Shown: positions 36,578 to 46,379, counted from the first letter of the stretch. The stretch is DNA of 64,000 nt from Rhizobiaceae bacterium (GCA_040830725.1 JBFOMG010000004.1:7567-71566), one strand, 5' to 3'. Notes: generated from the sequence alone by a model not told the origin. Program-made: numbers and translations.

Positions 36578-37486
36578 TCACGCGGCAAGTTTTTGCCATT
36601 CAAGGTTCACAAAACCGGCGATTTCAGCAAGAACTCTCGCATCCGAGATAATGCGGCTGTGGCCCAAACCGTCGGCACGAAGAAGACGCACGTGCCCGCC
36701 GGCGACGGCCATTGCTTCGGCACCGGCAAACTCCACCTGGCGGTCATCCGGCGCATGGGCGATCAACGTTGGCACCTTAAGCGACTTTAACTGCTCGTCT
36801 CCGCAAAAAACCTCGACCGGGTTTCCGGTCAGCCTCTCAACTTCTTTCTCCATGGCACGTTGTGATTTTGGCCCAAGCCCGACAACCGATCCGAACCATC
36901 TGAAGACGCGTTTCATCCTGTTTGGGGAGGAAATCAGAACCATGCGGCTGGTTTCCACCGGTTCAAACTGCCTGACCGAACCGTAGGCAGCATTCAGCAC
37001 CACGACGCCACCGAAAGAGTGTCCGATCATCGCCTGGAACGGTCCAAACCAGGTTTCAGCCTGTTTGACTGCCTCAACTGCATTGGCCATGTTGATCTGC
37101 CGTCCGCTTGATTTGCCGTGTCCGGGCAGATCGAGAGAGATGACCCGAAAGCCCAGATCCCTCGACATGCGAATCAGGCTTGTCATGTGCTCCGTTCTGG
37201 AGCGCCAGCCATGAACAATCAGCATTGCAGGAGCGGAAGGATTGTAAATCACTGGCTTGAACTCGTAGGCCAGGACCCAGCCCCTCTTCGTGACGAGATG
37301 GTGACGGCGCGCTTCAGCCATCAGCTCTCCTGCACGCTCGTTGGCTCTGATTTCTCCGGCACTGAGGTGATTTGGGTTTTTTGTACGCGCAAACAGCCAG
37401 AAAGCGGATTTGCCGGAAATCCCAGGTGCAAGCTTCTCGCCAACCAAAAAAGCGGCATTGATGATTTTTTTCATAAAAGCTGCCAT
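36578..37486 (-). CDS. alpha/beta hydrolase
   Basis: Trimmed to the ATG at 37486. GHSFGG nucleophile elbow and HGW oxyanion region. Divergent from the MarR gene. Confidence 0.8.
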   Translation of the reverse strand: MAAFMKKIINAAFLVGEKLAPGISGKSAFWLFARTKNPNHLSAGEIRANERAGELMAEARRHHLVTKRGWVLAYEFKPVIYNPSAPAMLIVHGWRSRTEHMTSLIRMSRDLGFRVISLDLPGHGKSSGRQINMANAVEAVKQAETWFGPFQAMIGHSFGGVVVLNAAYGSVRQFEPVETSRMVLISSPNRMKRVFRWFGSVVGLGPKSQRAMEKEVERLTGNPVEVFCGDEQLKSLKVPTLIAHAPDDRQVEFAGAEAMAVAGGHVRLLRADGLGHSRIISDARVLAEIAGFVNLEWQKLAA

Positions 37487-37529
37487 AGTGAAACCTATTC
37501 CGTTCAACCATGAACAATTTAGTTCAAGT

Positions 37530-38000
37530 ATGGACAATATGCAAGAGACGATTTGGGACAATCCGCGTTTTCGCAATTGGGTGGCTGTCGCGAGGGCGTG
37601 TCAGGCCGTTGATCGTACACTCAGTCAGGCGCTTTCCGGGCTTGAGCTGAAAACAGCGCATCTCGACATGATGATGAATATTCACCGTCATCCTGGCATG
37701 TCACAACAAGAGCTGGCGAATAAACTGCTGGTGGGCCGCTCGAACATCACAATGCTTCTTCCGCAAATGGAAAAACGCGAGCTGGCGCGACGGGTGCCTG
37801 ACAAGAAAGACAAGCGGGTATTGCGCCTTTACCTGACAGAAAAAGGTGAAGCTTTGCTTCAGGAAGCATTGAAGATCCACTTGGCGTTGGTTGAACGAAT
37901 CATGGCGGAAACGCCGGAATACGAATGCGACGTTGTAGGCGCAGCGATGAACCGTGTTGTTGCCGCGCTGAGCGCTGATGACAGAGAATTCCCGGAATGA
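37530..38000 (+). CDS. MarR-family transcriptional regulator
   Basis: Trimmed to the ATG at 37530. MSQQELANKLLVGRSNITMLLPQMEKRELARRVPDKKDKRV winged helix-turn-helix. Confidence 0.85.
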   Translation: MDNMQETIWDNPRFRNWVAVARACQAVDRTLSQALSGLELKTAHLDMMMNIHRHPGMSQQELANKLLVGRSNITMLLPQMEKRELARRVPDKKDKRVLRLYLTEKGEALLQEALKIHLALVERIMAETPEYECDVVGAAMNRVVAALSADDREFPE

Positions 38001-38087
38001 TCCTGCGCGATAATGAATTGACCTACCGCAAAGCCGGTTCAGAAATCGTTGGCTAGACTGCCGCCGAAGAAATTGGGAGATCAGACC

Positions 38088-38501
38088 ATGTTCAATAAAA
38101 TCATGATTCCCGTTGACTTGGCGCATGCCGACAAGCTCGACACGGCAATGGCAATCGCGACCAAGATTGCCAAAAACGAAAATGCCAGTCTCGTCGCGAC
38201 CGGCGTTACAACGTCGCAGCCATCCAGCGTTGCTCACAATCCCGAGGAGTTCGCTCAAAAACTGGCTGAATTTGCTGCGTCGGCGTCATCGAAATATGGG
38301 GTCGACATTGATACCGTCACCCTGAATAGTCACGATCCGGTCCGCGACCTCGACGAGTTACTGATGCAGTCAATTGAAGAAAACGGCATCGATCTGGTGG
38401 TTATGGCGTCTCACGTTCCAGGCGCGATGGATTATCTGTTCGCCTCCAATGCCGGTTACCTGGCATCGCATGCGCCGGTATCGGTGTTCGTTGTGCGGTA
38501 G
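38088..38501 (+). CDS. universal stress protein (UspA family)
   Basis: MFNKIMIPVDLAH start and DLVVMASH..GAMDYLFASNA motifs. Confidence 0.85.
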   Translation: MFNKIMIPVDLAHADKLDTAMAIATKIAKNENASLVATGVTTSQPSSVAHNPEEFAQKLAEFAASASSKYGVDIDTVTLNSHDPVRDLDELLMQSIEENGIDLVVMASHVPGAMDYLFASNAGYLASHAPVSVFVVR

Positions 38502-38554
38502 CTGGGTAGCTACATCTTTCAACGTGGACGCTTGGGCTCGGTTGCGACCCGTCG

Positions 38555-38935
38555 TTAGGGTTCTCGCGACAGTCCTTTCTCGGCCAGCTCATCCAGATAT
38601 TGTCGCCAGCGTTCGTCCTTTTCGCCGCCGAGCTCGCGAAAATAGTCCCAGGAGTAAATTCCAGTGTCGTGCATGTCGTCGAACGTGATGCGCACTGCAT
38701 AATTGCCGATCGGCGCGATGGTCATGATTTCCACGTTTGCCTTACCGGAAACGGTGACGCGTTGATCGGGCGAATGGCCCTGCACCTCGGCACTTGGAGA
38801 CATCACGCGCAGCATTTCTGCCGAAAATTCATACCTGTGCGTGGCCCCGAAGCTGATGGTGAGCAGTTTTCGGTCCTTCGAAACCCGAATTTCGCTTGGT
38901 GTTTCCGCAGTCATGGTATTCTCCGTCAGCGGCAC
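38555..38935 (-). CDS. DUF971 (gamma-butyrobetaine hydroxylase-like N-terminal domain) protein
   Basis: 126 aa. EFSAEMLRVMSPSAEVQGH...GNYAVRITFDDMHDTGIYSWDY is typical of DUF971. Confidence 0.75.
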   Translation of the reverse strand: MPLTENTMTAETPSEIRVSKDRKLLTISFGATHRYEFSAEMLRVMSPSAEVQGHSPDQRVTVSGKANVEIMTIAPIGNYAVRITFDDMHDTGIYSWDYFRELGGEKDERWRQYLDELAEKGLSREP

Positions 38936-39082
38936 CAGTCATAGCCGAACTCGCGGAAATGTGTAGCGGATTTCGACATTCTCGCACCTTGAACGCCGCA
39001 AGGAAAATGTTCACCATGGACTACAAGAACGTCCAGCGCTAATTGTTCGTGTTCTTGAAGCATTTCAGTCGATCGGAACCCA

Positions 39083-40102
39083 ATGGTGACAATCTCCAGT
39101 ACAAATACCGTAATGACCGATCCGTTCGGTCGTGATGTCACCTATCTGCGGGTCTCGGTAACCGACCGTTGCGATTTCCGCTGCACCTATTGCATGGCGG
39201 AGAACATGACCTTTTTGCCGAAGAAGGATCTGCTGACACTGGAAGAACTGGACCGGATGTGTTCCGTCTTCATCGAAAAAGGCGTCAGAAAACTCCGGCT
39301 GACAGGCGGGGAGCCACTCGTCCGAAAAAATATCATGCATCTGGTGCGGCAATTGTCGAGGCACCTCAAATCAGGTGCCCTGGACGAACTGACACTGACG
39401 ACCAATGGTTCACAGCTGGCGCGCTTTGCAGATCAACTCGCTGATGCCGGCGTTAAGCGCATCAATGTCTCGCTCGACACGCTCGACAAAACCAAATTTC
39501 AGCAGATCACCCGTTGGGGCCAGCTGGGCAAGGTGATGGAAGGCATTCAGGCAGCCGAGAACGCCGGGTTGAAAATCAAGATCAATGCAGTAGCGCTTAA
39601 GAATTTCAACGATACCGAAATACCCGAGATGATACGCTGGGCCCATGGCCGCGGGATGGACATGACCGTCATCGAGACCATGCCCATGGGTGAAATCGAC
39701 GAGGACCGGACCGACCAGTATCTGCCGTTGTCGCAACTTCGTCAGGATCTCGAAAAGCAATTCACATTGAACGATATTCCGTTCAAAACCGGCGGCCCTG
39801 CACGCTACGTCGAAATTGCGGAAACCGGTGGCAAACTGGGTTTCATCACGCCGCTAACCCATAATTTTTGCGAAAGTTGCAACAGGGTTCGCCTGACATG
39901 TACCGGAACCCTTTACATGTGCCTTGGCCAGGATGACGCTGCCGACCTGCGAGCAGCACTTCGTGCTTCGGAAGGAAACGAACTGGTATCCGCCGCGATC
40001 GATGAAGCGATCACCCGCAAGCCCAAGGGCCATGATTTCATCATCGACCGAGGCACTCAGCGTCCTGCGGTGGCGCGGCACATGAGTGCGACAGGCGGCT
40101 GA
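39083..40102 (+). CDS. moaA: GTP 3',8-cyclase (radical SAM, Moco biosynthesis)
   Basis: [18 protein letters not shown] radical-SAM motif and C-terminal [14 protein letters not shown] cluster. ATG at 39113 is an alternative start. Confidence 0.92.
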   Translation: MVTISSTNTVMTDPFGRDVTYLRVSVTDRCDFRCTYCMAENMTFLPKKDLLTLEELDRMCSVFIEKGVRKLRLTGGEPLVRKNIMHLVRQLSRHLKSGALDELTLTTNGSQLARFADQLADAGVKRINVSLDTLDKTKFQQITRWGQLGKVMEGIQAAENAGLKIKINAVALKNFNDTEIPEMIRWAHGRGMDMTVIETMPMGEIDEDRTDQYLPLSQLRQDLEKQFTLNDIPFKTGGPARYVEIAETGGKLGFITPLTHNFCESCNRVRLTCTGTLYMCLGQDDAADLRAALRASEGNELVSAAIDEAITRKPKGHDFIIDRGTQRPAVARHMSATGG

Positions 40103-40284
40103 TCTCGCATTTGATCAACCATTTGCACTTCGTGCAATCATCGAATCCCGGCAACCCAGCCATGCGCTGAGCGCATTGGTAATCAGTTTGTCCGTGACAT
40201 ATCTGTTGCTTGTCGAGACCGGCGCCAGCCGGTGAAAAATCAAGGCGCATCCTCCCAGCGCCGAGGGAATTCAGGAACAGACCA

Positions 40285-40440
40285 ATGAGCGATCATCGCG
40301 ATCACACCCAGAACGAAGCCTTTCGCGGATATGACTACTACATGGAACGCGCACGGATCGAGCGCAGCAAAGCTGCCCGCCGCTTTTTCCGCCGCCTTGT
40401 TGGTGCGGTAGACAAGGCCGACACCAAATCCTGGGGCTAA
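40285..40440 (+). CDS. 51-aa hypothetical basic protein
   Basis: MSDHRDHTQNEAFRGYDYYMERARIERSKAARRFFRRLVG. Followed by a 9-bp perfect hairpin at 40457-40480. Coding status is uncertain. Confidence 0.3.
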   Translation: MSDHRDHTQNEAFRGYDYYMERARIERSKAARRFFRRLVGAVDKADTKSWG

Positions 40441-40560
40441 CCACTGGTCCCGTGAAGCGGCTGGCGAATTTGCCAGCCGCATCATAGCCGATGCGATGAG
40501 TTCAAGGGTGGCGCAAATAGTAGCCGGTCTGTGATGAATATCACGTGACGCGGGCTTCAT

Positions 40561-41817
40561 TTGGCCCTATGCCGATGCAGTTCGCCCGCAATTCGCCGGG
40601 CACTCACATTGACGGCAACGGATTTCTTGAAACCGGCATCTCCTCCACACATCGTAACTCTGGTGCTCTGCTCGGCCACCGGTGCGCTGTCGATGAACGT
40701 GTTTCTGCCGTCAATGCCCGGTATGGCGCGTTATTTCGGTGTCGACTACGCGTTGATGCAGCTGACCGTCTCGCTGTTTCTTGCCTCGACCGCCGTTTTG
40801 CAACTGATCGTCGGACCTTTGTCAGACCGCTTCGGCCGCAGGCCAGTCATGATCACTTGCTTTCTGATCTTTCTTGCTGCCACTGCCGCGGCAACCCGCT
40901 CGACAAGTTTTGAATTCCTCCTGGCCATGCGCATACTGCAATCATTCTCGGCAGCGGGAATGGTGCTGTCGCGCGCCATAGTTCGTGACCTGGTCGAACC
41001 AAATCGAGCCGCCAGCATGATCGGATACGTGACCATGGGCATGGCGCTGGCGCCGATGATCGGGCCTGTCATCGGCGGGTTGCTGGAGCAGGAATTCGGT
41101 TGGCAATCCACTTTTATACTGACTTTTGCCTTCGGCTTGGTCGCATTTGGCTTTGTCTGGTTCGATCTCGGCGAGACAAACCTGAATCGGACATCCAGTT
41201 TTGCTGCGCAGTTCAGGGCCTATCCCGAACTCCTGACGTCACGCCGATTTTGGGGCTACACGCTGACGGCCGGATTCACGTCTGGACAGTTTTTTGCCTT
41301 CCTCGGCGGCGGGCCATTTGTTGCCTCCGAAATCCTTGAACTCCAGCCGGCGGAATATGGTCTTTATTTTGGCATCATTTCGGTTGGTTACATTTTCGGC
41401 AATTTTCTGTCGGGCAGGCTTTCAGAAAAAATGGGCATCAATCGAATGATGCTAGCTGGTGGAATTCTAGCCTCGCTTGGGATGCTTGCTTCGCTGCTGC
41501 TTTTCGCTTCCGGTTTGTTCCATCCACTATCGCTATTCGGTCCCGTGATCATGACAGGTGTCGGAAACGGACTGACATTGCCCAACGCCGGAGCCGGCAT
41601 CGTAAGCGTCAGACCGCATCTGGCCGGCTCTGCGTCGGGTCTCGGATCGGCAATGCAAATCGGATTGGGTTCGGTGCTGGCGGTTGTCGCGGGCGCCTTG
41701 CTTACGGCGCAGTCTGGCCCCTATCCGCTGATCTGGGTCATGCTCGCCACATCTATCGCCGGTGTATTCACAGCGCTATATGTAATCTTCGTGGAAAGGC
41801 AATTGGCGAGACAATAG
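40561..41817 (+). CDS. MFS transporter, Bcr/CflA drug-resistance subfamily
   Basis: 12-TM pattern. GPLSDRFGRRPVM motif A. The start codon is uncertain. Confidence 0.85.
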   Translation: MALCRCSSPAIRRALTLTATDFLKPASPPHIVTLVLCSATGALSMNVFLPSMPGMARYFGVDYALMQLTVSLFLASTAVLQLIVGPLSDRFGRRPVMITCFLIFLAATAAATRSTSFEFLLAMRILQSFSAAGMVLSRAIVRDLVEPNRAASMIGYVTMGMALAPMIGPVIGGLLEQEFGWQSTFILTFAFGLVAFGFVWFDLGETNLNRTSSFAAQFRAYPELLTSRRFWGYTLTAGFTSGQFFAFLGGGPFVASEILELQPAEYGLYFGIISVGYIFGNFLSGRLSEKMGINRMMLAGGILASLGMLASLLLFASGLFHPLSLFGPVIMTGVGNGLTLPNAGAGIVSVRPHLAGSASGLGSAMQIGLGSVLAVVAGALLTAQSGPYPLIWVMLATSIAGVFTALYVIFVERQLARQ

Positions 41818-41842
41818 CGTGGCATGTGCCCAGAAGAAGAAG

Positions 41843-42736
41843 ATGTCTGACCGAATAGATGAATTCGCCGTCAAACCGGATCCCGGCAATCCCCGGCTAT
41901 CCGTGAAAGTGCAGGGCATCGACCACACCGGAAATCCGATCACTCAGCAGGTGGTCACAGAAAAACCGCTGACGCTGTATCTCAACCGACAGGAGATCGT
42001 CACGATGATGACGATTGGCGATCATCCAAATCTGCTTGCGGTCGGTTATCTTCTGAACCAGAACATGCTCAGCCCGGAAGACGAGATTGAGGGAATTGAT
42101 GTCGATGAAGATCTTGATGTCATAGTCGTTCGGACAGCACGAGAAACCGATTATGAGACAAAGCTGCAAAAAAAGGTTCGCACGTCCGGCTGCGCTCAGG
42201 GAACTGTTTTTGGTGACGTCATGGAAGGCTTCGATTCAACCGCTCTGTCGACGACCGCCAGACTGAAAACATCCTGGCTTTATGAACTGACCAAGAAAAT
42301 CAACACGGCGCCAAGCCTTTATCTTGAAGCCGGTGCAATTCACGGCTGTGTGCTGTGCCAAGAGGACAAACCGCTTGCCTATATGGAAGATGTCGGCCGG
42401 CATAACGCCGTCGACAAGATTGCCGGCTGGATGTTCATGAACGGAATATCTGCAGCCGACAAGATTTTCTACACAACCGGACGCCTTACTTCGGAGATGG
42501 TGATCAAGACCGTGATGATGGGTATTCCCATATTGGTGTCGCGATCAGGTTTCACGGCTTGGGGTGTCGATCTCGCCCGCCAGGCGGGACTGACCTTGAT
42601 CGGCCGGGCTCGCGGCAAGCGATTTATCGCGCTCTCCGGTGAAAACCGAATTGTCTTCGACCTCGATCCTGAAACCATCGCCGAAGAAGGCGATCGTCAT
42701 CTCCGCCGGGGTGCCAGACGGGCGGCCGCCGAGTGA
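41843..42736 (+). CDS. fdhD: formate dehydrogenase accessory sulfurtransferase
   Basis: SGCAQGTVFG (catalytic Cys loop) and EDVGRHNAVDK motifs. ATG at 41843 preferred. Confidence 0.9.
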   Translation: MSDRIDEFAVKPDPGNPRLSVKVQGIDHTGNPITQQVVTEKPLTLYLNRQEIVTMMTIGDHPNLLAVGYLLNQNMLSPEDEIEGIDVDEDLDVIVVRTARETDYETKLQKKVRTSGCAQGTVFGDVMEGFDSTALSTTARLKTSWLYELTKKINTAPSLYLEAGAIHGCVLCQEDKPLAYMEDVGRHNAVDKIAGWMFMNGISAADKIFYTTGRLTSEMVIKTVMMGIPILVSRSGFTAWGVDLARQAGLTLIGRARGKRFIALSGENRIVFDLDPETIAEEGDRHLRRGARRAAAE

Positions 42737-43362
42737 CAGTTGCCGGCGTCATTTTGGCTGGAGGCCAATCGCGGCGCATGGGCGGTGGCGACAAGAGCCT
42801 GCTTTCGATTGCCGGAAGTACCATGCTGCAAAGGGTCGTCGACAGGCTCAGACCGCAGGTCGGAGAACTGGCGCTCAACGCAAATGGTGATTTGTCCAGA
42901 TTTTCCGGCATCGGGCTTCCGATCATCACCGATCCAATCGACGGTTTTGCCGGGCCGCTTGCAGGTGTGCTTTCCGGCATGCATTGGGCCGCTTCACTTG
43001 GACCGTCACCAACCCATATTGTTACAGTCGCTTCCGACACGCCCTTCTTCCCAACGAACCTGGTAGCTGGTTTTCGCGACGTGAATGAAGGGGCCACGGA
43101 TCGTATTGTGTTGGCGAGGTCAAACGGAAATCGCCACCCCGTTTTTGGCTTCTGGCCCGTCGCGTTGCGCAACGATCTGGCGAAATTCATGGCAAACACA
43201 GACACTTTAAAAGTCATGGCCTTCGCCAATCATCACGACCTGCGGTTCGCCGATTTCCCGCTGATTGAAATCAACGGATTGGAGGTCGATCCGTTCTTTA
43301 ACGCCAACACGCCCGATGATATTGAAACGGCAGAAAGAATTGCGACGGAGACGATTTCTTGA
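42733..43362 (+). CDS. mobA: molybdenum cofactor guanylyltransferase
   Basis: GVILAGGQSRRMGGGDKSL N-terminal motif. GTGA overlap with fdhD. Confidence 0.9.
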   Translation: MTVAGVILAGGQSRRMGGGDKSLLSIAGSTMLQRVVDRLRPQVGELALNANGDLSRFSGIGLPIITDPIDGFAGPLAGVLSGMHWAASLGPSPTHIVTVASDTPFFPTNLVAGFRDVNEGATDRIVLARSNGNRHPVFGFWPVALRNDLAKFMANTDTLKVMAFANHHDLRFADFPLIEINGLEVDPFFNANTPDDIETAERIATETIS

Positions 43363-43877
43363 CGCATCGCGTGTTCGGCATCACGGGCTGGAAGAATTCC
43401 GGCAAGACGACACTGACCGTTCGCCTTGTGGAAGAGTTGACCGCGCGCGGCTACAAGGTTTCGACGATTAAACACGCGCATCATGCGTTTGATATCGACA
43501 GGCCGGGGGCGGACAGTTACCGACATCGCGAGGCCGGAGCGGGCGAAGTCGCTATTGTATCGGGAACGCGCTGGGCCTTGATGCATGAAATGCGAGGCGA
43601 GAAAGAACCACCGATAGAAGAAATACTCACCCGTCTCGAGCCTTGTGACATCGTGCTGGTCGAGGGCTACAAGCGCGAAAACCACCCAAAAATTGAAGCC
43701 CGGCGCAAGGGTACAAAAGACGATCAGCCCTTGTCGAAAACCGATCCGGCAATTGCCGCCATCGCCTCGGACTATGCGATAACCGGTGAGACATTGCCTT
43801 TGTTCAATATTGATGACATCAGCCGCATCGCCGACTTTGTCGAACTCAAAAGCGGGCTGAAAGAAGAAGCGGCGTGA
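43359..43877 (+). CDS. mobB: molybdopterin-guanine dinucleotide biosynthesis adaptor protein
   Basis: GITGWKNSGKTTL P-loop. TTGA overlap with mobA. Confidence 0.88.
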   Translation: MTHRVFGITGWKNSGKTTLTVRLVEELTARGYKVSTIKHAHHAFDIDRPGADSYRHREAGAGEVAIVSGTRWALMHEMRGEKEPPIEEILTRLEPCDIVLVEGYKRENHPKIEARRKGTKDDQPLSKTDPAIAAIASDYAITGETLPLFNIDDISRIADFVELKSGLKEEAA

Positions 43878-45151
43878 GCACCGGCCGGAAATTGCTGGAC
43901 GATTGTTTCCTGCATGACAAGGACCGGCTCCGCCATGAAGAATGTCTCGGCCTTATCCTTGAGCGACTAGGTCCGGTTACCGGCAAATCGACTGTACCGA
44001 TAGACACCGCGAGTGGAATGTATCTGGCGCAGGATGTCGCCGCACCACGTGACGTACCGTTGCACACCAACTCGGCAGTGGACGGCTATGCATTTGCCCA
44101 TTCATCGCTGGCCGCAACAGGCGGCACGCTGGAGGTTGCGGCGCGAATTGCCGCCGGCGAATTGACCCCTGCCCCGCTTGCAGCCGGCACCGCAGCCCGG
44201 ATCTTCACCGGTGCCACTCTTCCTTCCGGAGCCGACACCGTGGTCATGCAGGAAGATTGTGAAGCGTCATCCGATGGACGGTCTGTAGACATTCCAGCTG
44301 GTGCAAAGCCGGGATCCAACATCCGCAAGGCGGGCGAAGACCTTCGCGCGGGCGACGCTGTTTTAAACACCGGTCAACGATTACGGCCGCAGGATATCGC
44401 TACCCTCGCCTCGATTGGATTCGCCGAGGTGGAGATGTTCGAACCGGTGCGTGTGGCGCTTGTTTCAAGCGGCAATGAACTCGTGCAACCCGGCGAACCG
44501 ATTTCCGAAGGCCAGGTATATGATTCGAATCGAACCATGATTGCCTCGTTATTGTCTTCACTACCGGTACAGGTCACCGATTTGGGTGTGCTGGCAGACG
44601 ATGCATCGATCGTTGAAACGAAGCTTGAGCAGGCCTGTGAAGCCCATGACCTCATCCTGACGTCAGGCGGGGCTTCCCGGGGCGAGGAGGACCATATTGT
44701 CGAGGTGCTGGACAAGCTTGGCAAACGTCACCTTTGGCAGATTGCCATCAAGCCCGGCCGGCCGATGGTGATGGGGCAGATCGGCGATTGCGCCGTTATG
44801 GGTCTTCCCGGAAATCCGGTCGCAGCATTCGTTTGTTTCCTGCTCTACTGCCGTCCCGCCATCGCCCGGCTGGGAGGTGGCATCTGGCTTGAACCGCAGC
44901 GTTTCCCGGTTCAAGCCGGATTCTCGGTGCCAAAAAAGAAGCCGGATCGACGAGAATTTTGGCGGGGATGGCTTGAACATGATCAAGACGGCAGGTTGGT
45001 CGCGCAAAAGTTCACCCGGGACGGCTCCGGGCTGATCTCCGGCCTGCGCCAGGCGACCGGTCTGATTGAAGTCACCGAAGATGTTACTGAAATCAGGCAG
45101 GGGCAGGAATTGGCATTTATCCCGTTTTCGCAATTCGGCATCCATAACTAG
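43874..45151 (+). CDS. moeA: molybdopterin molybdotransferase
   Basis: 425 aa. NSAVDGYA, TSGGASRGEEDH and PGNPVAAFV motifs. GTGA overlap with mobB. Confidence 0.9.
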   Translation: MSTGRKLLDDCFLHDKDRLRHEECLGLILERLGPVTGKSTVPIDTASGMYLAQDVAAPRDVPLHTNSAVDGYAFAHSSLAATGGTLEVAARIAAGELTPAPLAAGTAARIFTGATLPSGADTVVMQEDCEASSDGRSVDIPAGAKPGSNIRKAGEDLRAGDAVLNTGQRLRPQDIATLASIGFAEVEMFEPVRVALVSSGNELVQPGEPISEGQVYDSNRTMIASLLSSLPVQVTDLGVLADDASIVETKLEQACEAHDLILTSGGASRGEEDHIVEVLDKLGKRHLWQIAIKPGRPMVMGQIGDCAVMGLPGNPVAAFVCFLLYCRPAIARLGGGIWLEPQRFPVQAGFSVPKKKPDRREFWRGWLEHDQDGRLVAQKFTRDGSGLISGLRQATGLIEVTEDVTEIRQGQELAFIPFSQFGIHN

Positions 45152-45225
45152 GGATCGAACCCTTCGAGAACGGCGAAGTTGCGATTTGCGCAGACCAAAT
45201 AAGCCAATCTCCAGATTGACCTGAC

Positions 45226-45241
45226 ATAAAGAATTCTTTAT
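45226..45241. promoter_or_regulatory. perfect 16-bp palindrome ATAAAGAATTCTTTAT, candidate operator upstream of the homocysteine methyltransferase gene
   Basis: Read directly from the sequence, ending 32 nt upstream of the ATG at 45274. It shares the half-sites ATAAAGA/TCTTTAT, at identical 2-nt spacing, with the site at 56693-56714. Confidence 0.5.
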
Positions 45242-45273
45242 ATGTTTATTTCTTCCAGCTTTGCAGGTGAACC

Positions 45274-46284
45274 ATGTCGAATCCAATTGATGCACTTATT
45301 GCGGAAAAAGGTGTGTTGCTTGCCGATGGCGCCACTGGCACCAATTTGTTTGCGATGGGCCTGGAGGCCGGCGAAGCCCCGGAACTCTGGAATGAAAGCG
45401 CACCCGACAAGATCCGCGCCCTGCATCAAGGTTTCGTCGATGCTGGCTCTGATATCATCCTGACCAACTCTTTTGGGGGCACCCGCCACCGCCTGAAGCT
45501 GCATCATGCTCAGGACCGGGTGTTCGAACTCAACAAACTGGCCGCGGAAATTGCCTGCGAGATTGCTGCGTCGGTCGAACGGACAATAATTGTGGCCGGC
45601 TCGGTAGGACCGACCGGGGAGTTGCTCCAACCATTGGGCACGCTTTCCTTCGAACAGACCATAGATGCTTTTGTCGAGCAGATAGAAGGCTTGAAGGCTG
45701 GCGGTGCCGAAGTTGCCTGGATTGAGACCATGTCGGCGCCAGACGAAATCCGCGCTGCAGCAGAGGCGGCGATTCGCGTTGGCCTGCCCTACACCTATAC
45801 CGGTTCATTCGATACGGCTGGCCGAACCATGATGGGCCTTCTGCCAAAGGATATTCATGGTGTGAACGAGGATCTTGCGGGTAAACCGGTAGCCGTTGGC
45901 GCAAATTGCGGAGTCGGTGCGTCGGACATATTGGCATCATTGCTGGATATGACCGAAGCGGACGATGACGCAACAATTATCGTCAAAGGCAATTGCGGCA
46001 TCCCGGAATTCCGTGGCTCCGAGATTCACTATTCCGGCACACCGGAGCTGATGGCGGAATATGTTCGAATGGCAATCGATGGCGGAGCAAAGATCATCGG
46101 CGGCTGTTGCGGAACGTCCTGTGATCATTTGAAAGCCATGCGTGCCGCGTTGGATAGCCACACCAAAGGTGCCCGGCCGACAATCGAAGATATTACCGCG
46201 CGCATCGGCCCCATGCGCAACAAGATCGCCAATCAGAATGAGCAAAGCGGCAGCCGCCGCGAACGGCGGAGGCGGAGAGCCTGA
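45274..46284 (+). CDS. stand-alone homocysteine S-methyltransferase domain protein (annotated type: betaine-homocysteine methyltransferase / MetH Hcy-binding module)
   Basis: 336 aa. LLADGATGTNL, ILTNSFGG, GANCG and IIGGCCGTS (zinc-binding Cys) motifs. C-terminal tail SGSRRERRRRRA. Confidence 0.85.
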   Translation: MSNPIDALIAEKGVLLADGATGTNLFAMGLEAGEAPELWNESAPDKIRALHQGFVDAGSDIILTNSFGGTRHRLKLHHAQDRVFELNKLAAEIACEIAASVERTIIVAGSVGPTGELLQPLGTLSFEQTIDAFVEQIEGLKAGGAEVAWIETMSAPDEIRAAAEAAIRVGLPYTYTGSFDTAGRTMMGLLPKDIHGVNEDLAGKPVAVGANCGVGASDILASLLDMTEADDDATIIVKGNCGIPEFRGSEIHYSGTPELMAEYVRMAIDGGAKIIGGCCGTSCDHLKAMRAALDSHTKGARPTIEDITARIGPMRNKIANQNEQSGSRRERRRRRA

Positions 46285-46379
46285 TTGAAAAAATTGACCG
46301 GCAGGTTGCCCCGCCGGCCAAATTTGGCTCCACAAAGAGCCCGCCCACAATTTGCTCCATCTTGCTCCGGTAATCAGTC

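Noticed and set aside
38936-39082. Moco riboswitch upstream of moaA.
   Set aside because: I could not find the conserved Moco-motif core or a convincing multi-stem architecture by eye. As far as I know, the motif is not typical of alphaproteobacteria. A covariance-model scan would settle it.
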